DNA of 64,000 nucleotides from Candidatus Zixiibacteriota bacterium (GTDB lineage Bacteria; Zixibacteria; MSB-5A5; UBA10806; 4484-95): NCBI GenBank assembly GCA_021159005.1, contig JAGGSN010000136.1, positions 8,422 to 72,421 of the forward strand, read 5' to 3'. Shown piece by piece: positions 59,393 to 64,000 of this stretch (position 1 is its first letter; each line of letters starts with the position of its first letter). The notes under the pieces were generated by a model. It saw only the letters and a program-made list of their open reading frames with translations, ran no database searches and was not told where the DNA came from. The position numbers and the translations under genes were made by a program.

Positions 59393-60859
59393 TTATTTCC
59401 TTTTTCTTACTGTTTTTCGTTTTGCAGGTATTTTATTTTGTTTAAGTTTTGCTTTTTCGGCTTTTATGCGTTCCAAGAGCTTTTCAGCCGGTTCATCGTT
59501 GGGGTCTTGCGGAACGAGTTTGCCTTGGAAGGCTTGTTTGAGAATACTTTGTTTTAAATATTCAAATTGAAGAAAACTGATATCGATTGTTTTTTGAATT
59601 TCATCAATAACAGAAAACTGTTTATCTAATTCTTCTATGATTTTGTTTTGTTCAGTTAAATTTGGAAATTGAATAACCTGATTTAAAACATCGGAGTCTC
59701 TTACAGCAGGATAACTGGTACCTCTTTGAATTGCATTTAAAGGATTTAAAAAATCATCAGTTTGAACAATATAAAACAGTAATTTATGATTATATTTAAC
59801 GGGACTTAGAACACAAAAACCAGTAGAAGCAATATGCCTATCATATTTATTGTCAACTACCGCTATGTTCTTTAGATAAGTTCTTACTGTAGAAAACAAA
59901 ACATCATTTTCTTTTACTAATTGTCTTGCTCTTGATGGTGCATTTAAGCCAGAATATAATTTTGGATTAGTGATTCTTTGATGATTATTATTAATAGATG
60001 CAATATCTAAATAATAGAATTTCTTATTTGGTGTTATTTTCGGATTCACTTTATTTACTTGAGGACATATTAAATTTAATCTTACCCACTCCCACCCCTC
60101 CGGCAACTCCGGCAAATTCGAGGCATCAACCGGCGCTGGTTCTTTGTATTTCTTTTTCCAGCTATCATCTTTTGGCATTTTGCCTTTGGCTTTAAACTTG
60201 GCAAGTTGTTCAGCTTCCCATTTCCGGCGGCGCTCTTTCTTGATACGCTCAAGCAGTACCGATGTCGGTTCGAGCTTGTCTTTGTTGGCTTCACGCCATT
60301 TAGCGGTTAGCTTGCCCTCCATAGCCGCCTTTAGTACAGACTGCCGGTATTGCTTAAGCAGCGCCTTAGCCTTCTTAAGCGCCTCAACACCGGCATCAAG
60401 CTTAGTGAATAGCTGTTCTATCCTGGCAACTATGCGGTGTTGTTCTGGCAGAGGGGGGAGAGGGATTATTGATTTCTCTAAATACTGAAAATGTCTTGCA
60501 TATCCTTTATCTGGAAGTTGAATAGATTGACAAAAATAATAAAACAATTTTGAGAAAAATACTTTTTGGGGTTCAATTACTTTTATGCCATCTGCACCTG
60601 CAGCAAAATCAAAATCTATGTATTTAAATATTTTTGTGTGATCGCCAAATACAATTACAGGGTTATCAATTAGTATTCTGTTTTTCTCGTTATTAGTATA
60701 ACCCCCAATAAAGTATTGCCCTTGGTCTATAATAGGTATTTTGCCTTTATCATGATAATCGATATTTTTTAATTTAATCCCATTTGTAGATATTTTATTT
60801 ATTACTTTTTTAAAGTCAATATATGCCCACCCTTTGGGTATCTTAATATCATTTTTCAC
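59393..60859 (-). CDS. hsdS: type I restriction-modification specificity subunit
   Basis: Two target-recognition-domain halves separated by coiled-coil conserved regions (..LPPLPEQ.RIV..IE..), about 488 aa. Confidence 0.85.
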   Translation of the reverse strand: MKNDIKIPKGWAYIDFKKVINKISTNGIKLKNIDYHDKGKIPIIDQGQYFIGGYTNNEKNRILIDNPVIVFGDHTKIFKYIDFDFAAGADGIKVIEPQKVFFSKLFYYFCQSIQLPDKGYARHFQYLEKSIIPLPPLPEQHRIVARIEQLFTKLDAGVEALKKAKALLKQYRQSVLKAAMEGKLTAKWREANKDKLEPTSVLLERIKKERRRKWEAEQLAKFKAKGKMPKDDSWKKKYKEPAPVDASNLPELPEGWEWVRLNLICPQVNKVNPKITPNKKFYYLDIASINNNHQRITNPKLYSGLNAPSRARQLVKENDVLFSTVRTYLKNIAVVDNKYDRHIASTGFCVLSPVKYNHKLLFYIVQTDDFLNPLNAIQRGTSYPAVRDSDVLNQVIQFPNLTEQNKIIEELDKQFSVIDEIQKTIDISFLQFEYLKQSILKQAFQGKLVPQDPNDEPAEKLLERIKAEKAKLKQNKIPAKRKTVRKRK

Positions 60860-63609
60860 GCTGCCAGCGCCTCATTAAGCTCTTCAATTAGTTTTGGCAG
60901 TTCCTCTCCAAATACCCTGTGTGCTTTTACAATTCCGCCTTTTTCATAGAATGGCACTAAATCAAAATCATCTATTTCCATAGTCAGGTTTGTAGTAATA
61001 TGGTCTTTTATCATTGTCAGCCATTCAATTTGTTCGGTCGTATATTGCTTGCCGGCGATTTTCTGCTTATCCAGCCAATTAGCAAAAGCCTTATCCTCAA
61101 TATCTGAAAACGGCTCAAGGGTTTGAATTTCCTCAGTTGCAAAGCGGACTAATGAAACGATGTCGGTTAGTATTTTATGAGCGTCTGGCTTTTTAGAAGT
61201 AACTTTATTAAGGCGCCGATAAGCCTGCCAGACATGTTTATATGTTATATCATAAGGCGGTTTTTTCATTTCATCAGCCAGCTGTTCAATCTGCTCGAAA
61301 GTAACTTTGCGCTGGCCGTAAGGTTTATTATAGAAAATCTGCAAGGCTATGAGTTCGTCTTTATTATCTTCAATGAATTTCTTGAAAGTATCGATATAAG
61401 TTTGGGATTTCAATTTCGCCTGAGAATCAAAACCTAACTCAATCACCGTATCTATGCCGGTAGTATCAATAATTTGCTCATTTTTTCGTTTTATTTCAAT
61501 GATAGAATTTCTCAGCTTAGGGTTGTCAAATTGCTTGCAAGCCTCATCTTTTATCTGCTTGGAGGCATTTTTAACCTGCTCTTTATCAGGTCTGTCGGTT
61601 TTGAATAGCTCTTTGGCTTTTTTAATAATCTTTTCCGGATCGAGAGCATCCAAAAGTTTATTGATAAGCTCTTTTAACGGTTTACCCTCAGCATTCTTAC
61701 TGATTTCATCTTGTTCTTTATCGCTGATTTTCCTGTTAAGCATAGCCAGCCGCCCCGCCAGTGATGAGATAGTATCATCGGTTCTATCGCCCATAGCGAC
61801 TCCATTTAACAGTTTATCAAAGGCGATATGCCGTTTACGCTCTAAGGGTTTGGAATCGCTTTTATCGCTTTCGCATACGCCTATGGCATCGATTATAACA
61901 AAACGATCCTTGACTTTAGCGCCTGGCGTAACGGATTGCAATTCGGTTGGAGTAACAACTCTGGCGCCCCGACCCTTCATTTGCTCAAAATAGCCGGCTG
62001 ACCTGATGTTTCTCATAAAAATAAGGCATTCAAGCGCCCTGATATCAGTTCCGGTCGAAATCATATCAACTGTAACTGCAATACGGGGATAGTAGGAATT
62101 GCGAAAACTGGCAATAAGGGTTTCCGGCTTTTCACCGGTTGTGCGGTAAGTAATCTTTCGGCAGAACTCATTTCCTTTACCGAAAACTTCTCTGGCTATA
62201 TTGACTATATCTTCAGCATGAGAATCATCTTTGGCAAATATCAGGGTTTTGGGAACTTCCTGTCTGCCAGGGAAAATATCTATCGGTAGTTTATCTCTGA
62301 ATGTTTTGAGAATTGTCCTTATCTGGTCGGGGACTACAACTTTTCTATCCAGCTCTTTTGAGGTGTATTCTAAATCCTCATCAAGCTGTTCCCAGAGGGT
62401 TTCTCTGGTTAGCTTATCGCGCCTGTCGATATAATAGCCGGCTTCAACCTTCCCGCCATGGCTGGTAATATTTGTTTTGATTCGATAGACCTCATAAGCA
62501 ACATTAACGCCATCGGCAACCGCTCTTTCATGAGGATATTCCATAACCAGATTGCGATTGAAAAAGCCTATTGTTTGTTTTGAGGGTGTAGCAGTAAGCC
62601 CAATAATGAAAGCATCGAAATATTCCAGAACCTGTCGCCAAAGGTTGTAAATAGACCTATGGCATTCATCGGTTACGATAAAATCAAAGGTTTCAATCGG
62701 GATTTCGGGATTATAAGACACTTCAATTGGTTCAGCGCCAAATAGCGGCATTTCAAAAGTAGAATGTTCCTCATTATCGGTATCATATTCAGGATCGCCT
62801 TTAAGCATAGAATAAAACCGCTGTATGGTTGTAATACAGACTTTTGATACAGTATCGATTTTATTTGAGGTTAAAAGCTGGACATTATAAAGCGATGTGA
62901 ATTTCCGGCCATCATCAGGAGTTGTGAATTGTTGAAACTCTTTAAATGTTTGCTTGCCCAAAGTTCGCCTATCGACAAGAAATAAGATTCTTTTAGCATT
63001 GGCAAATTTAATCAATCGATAGATAAAGCTGATTGCAGTATATGTTTTGCCGCCGCCTGATGCCATTTGTATAAGCGCTCTTGGATTATTGTTATAAAAT
63101 GATTTTTCAAGCTGGGTGATAGCCTCAATCTGGCAATCTCTTAAGCCCTTTGTAATCAATTCGGGTATATTTTGCAGCTTTGCTCTAAGTGTGTCTCTTT
63201 GTTCAAGCAATTCCTGCAATGTTTCCGGCTTATGGAATGCGAATAATCTGCGGGAACGGGGGTAAGGGTCTCTTTGGTCGCGAAAGAATGTTTCTATGCC
63301 GGTGCTTTCATAAGCAAACGGGAGGGGGTTTTGATAAGCTGGGATATTATCCGGCAAGCCTATAAGATATTTATCAGATTGCACATCAACACCGCCCAGA
63401 GTAGCTCCTTCACGCTTAGCCTCAATCGCGCCAGCCGCTTTTCTATCGATAAATAGTAAGTAATCAGCTTCACCGGTTTTCAGTTGAAAATAGCGAACTG
63501 CGATGCCCAGAGATTCACCAAGATTGAGATTTTCGTAATCCTGAAGCTGCCAGCCGGCATCTAACAGCATTTTATCGATATTTTGACGAGCTTTATCTTC
63601 AGGTTTCAT
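60856..63609 (-). CDS. hsdR: type I restriction enzyme R subunit
   Basis: N-terminal nuclease domain, helicase motif I MASGGGKT, motif II DECHRS, and a long C-terminal helical region. Length 917 aa. Confidence 0.9.
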   Translation of the reverse strand: MKPEDKARQNIDKMLLDAGWQLQDYENLNLGESLGIAVRYFQLKTGEADYLLFIDRKAAGAIEAKREGATLGGVDVQSDKYLIGLPDNIPAYQNPLPFAYESTGIETFFRDQRDPYPRSRRLFAFHKPETLQELLEQRDTLRAKLQNIPELITKGLRDCQIEAITQLEKSFYNNNPRALIQMASGGGKTYTAISFIYRLIKFANAKRILFLVDRRTLGKQTFKEFQQFTTPDDGRKFTSLYNVQLLTSNKIDTVSKVCITTIQRFYSMLKGDPEYDTDNEEHSTFEMPLFGAEPIEVSYNPEIPIETFDFIVTDECHRSIYNLWRQVLEYFDAFIIGLTATPSKQTIGFFNRNLVMEYPHERAVADGVNVAYEVYRIKTNITSHGGKVEAGYYIDRRDKLTRETLWEQLDEDLEYTSKELDRKVVVPDQIRTILKTFRDKLPIDIFPGRQEVPKTLIFAKDDSHAEDIVNIAREVFGKGNEFCRKITYRTTGEKPETLIASFRNSYYPRIAVTVDMISTGTDIRALECLIFMRNIRSAGYFEQMKGRGARVVTPTELQSVTPGAKVKDRFVIIDAIGVCESDKSDSKPLERKRHIAFDKLLNGVAMGDRTDDTISSLAGRLAMLNRKISDKEQDEISKNAEGKPLKELINKLLDALDPEKIIKKAKELFKTDRPDKEQVKNASKQIKDEACKQFDNPKLRNSIIEIKRKNEQIIDTTGIDTVIELGFDSQAKLKSQTYIDTFKKFIEDNKDELIALQIFYNKPYGQRKVTFEQIEQLADEMKKPPYDITYKHVWQAYRRLNKVTSKKPDAHKILTDIVSLVRFATEEIQTLEPFSDIEDKAFANWLDKQKIAGKQYTTEQIEWLTMIKDHITTNLTMEIDDFDLVPFYEKGGIVKAHRVFGEELPKLIEELNEALAA

Positions 63610-64000
63610 AAATTTTGCCCTTGTGAGATATAATCATTGATAATTATAATTCTCTGCAAAAAAACTCCCTATTTAATGAGTTTAAAACTAAACATAGATA
63701 ATATGGATTATGGAGTTTTGTTTAGCAAGGTAATTCAGGATGTTTTTATTAGAGATAGATGTTGATGTTTCGTAACTTTATGATAAATAAAATATTAAAT
63801 CATTTCTCAATACTTACTCCGTTGATAAAATGTGATATAATTTTAATCGAATGTGGTAGATATTTAATTAATTTTAATATAGAATGGAATCAAGAATATG
63901 GCGGGGCTATTTTACAAGGACAACCCCGCCAAAAACTGAAAACCTGACAATTGCCAGTATTGCCTTATCTAATAAATCACTCTGGCCATTGTCAATAGAT

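Noticed and set aside
61454-61993. 179-aa Ser/Leu-rich plus-strand ORF inside hsdR
   Set aside because: It is antisense to the AT-rich hsdR gene, and its low-complexity composition is typical of reverse-frame artefacts.

Overview
This window reads as a chromosomal segment from a Gram-negative bacterium of the FCB (Fibrobacteres-Chlorobi-Bacteroidetes) superphylum. The lineage assignment rests on one protein carrying a canonical T9SS (type IX secretion system) C-terminal sorting domain, which is restricted to that group.

- **1-2.1 kb:** the 3' part of an aconitase gene.
- **2.7-33.7 kb:** a striking accessory-type cluster of eight large minus-strand secreted proteins of 597-1772 aa. Seven of them end in a conserved ~90-aa Cys-stabilised dockerin-like module with two calcium-loop/helix repeats, in two subtypes. 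Their passenger domains look degradative: two giant tandem paralogs with a gingipain-like C25 domain that may lack the catalytic His, an M14 carboxypeptidase, a purple-acid-phosphatase-like metallophosphatase, a PPC-domain repeat protein, and CarboxypepD_reg repeat proteins. The eighth is an FG-GAP beta-propeller with a canonical T9SS C-terminal domain. A MacAB-like ABC exporter operon (membrane fusion protein, two FtsX-type permeases, ATPase) sits inside the cluster. A tRNA-Leu(CAG) lies at 28.4 kb, and an 18-bp direct repeat of its 3' end lies 2.2 kb away.
- **34-57 kb:** housekeeping genes: LemA, RNase P RNA, recJ, meaB with a methylmalonyl-CoA mutase large subunit, a DUF3795 protein, an Fe-S protein, archaemetzincin, ROK glucokinase, an aminotransferase, an AmmeMemoRadiSam radical SAM enzyme, an LPS heptosyltransferase, uppP, two outer membrane proteins, pgeF, relA/spoT, an O-antigen ligase and msbA.
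- **56.9-64 kb:** tRNA-Gly(CCC) followed by an AT-rich island carrying a type I restriction-modification system in the order hsdR-hsdS-hsdM plus one extra small gene.

Many genes end in a species-specific family of GTCGG/GTCAGG-core hairpins.
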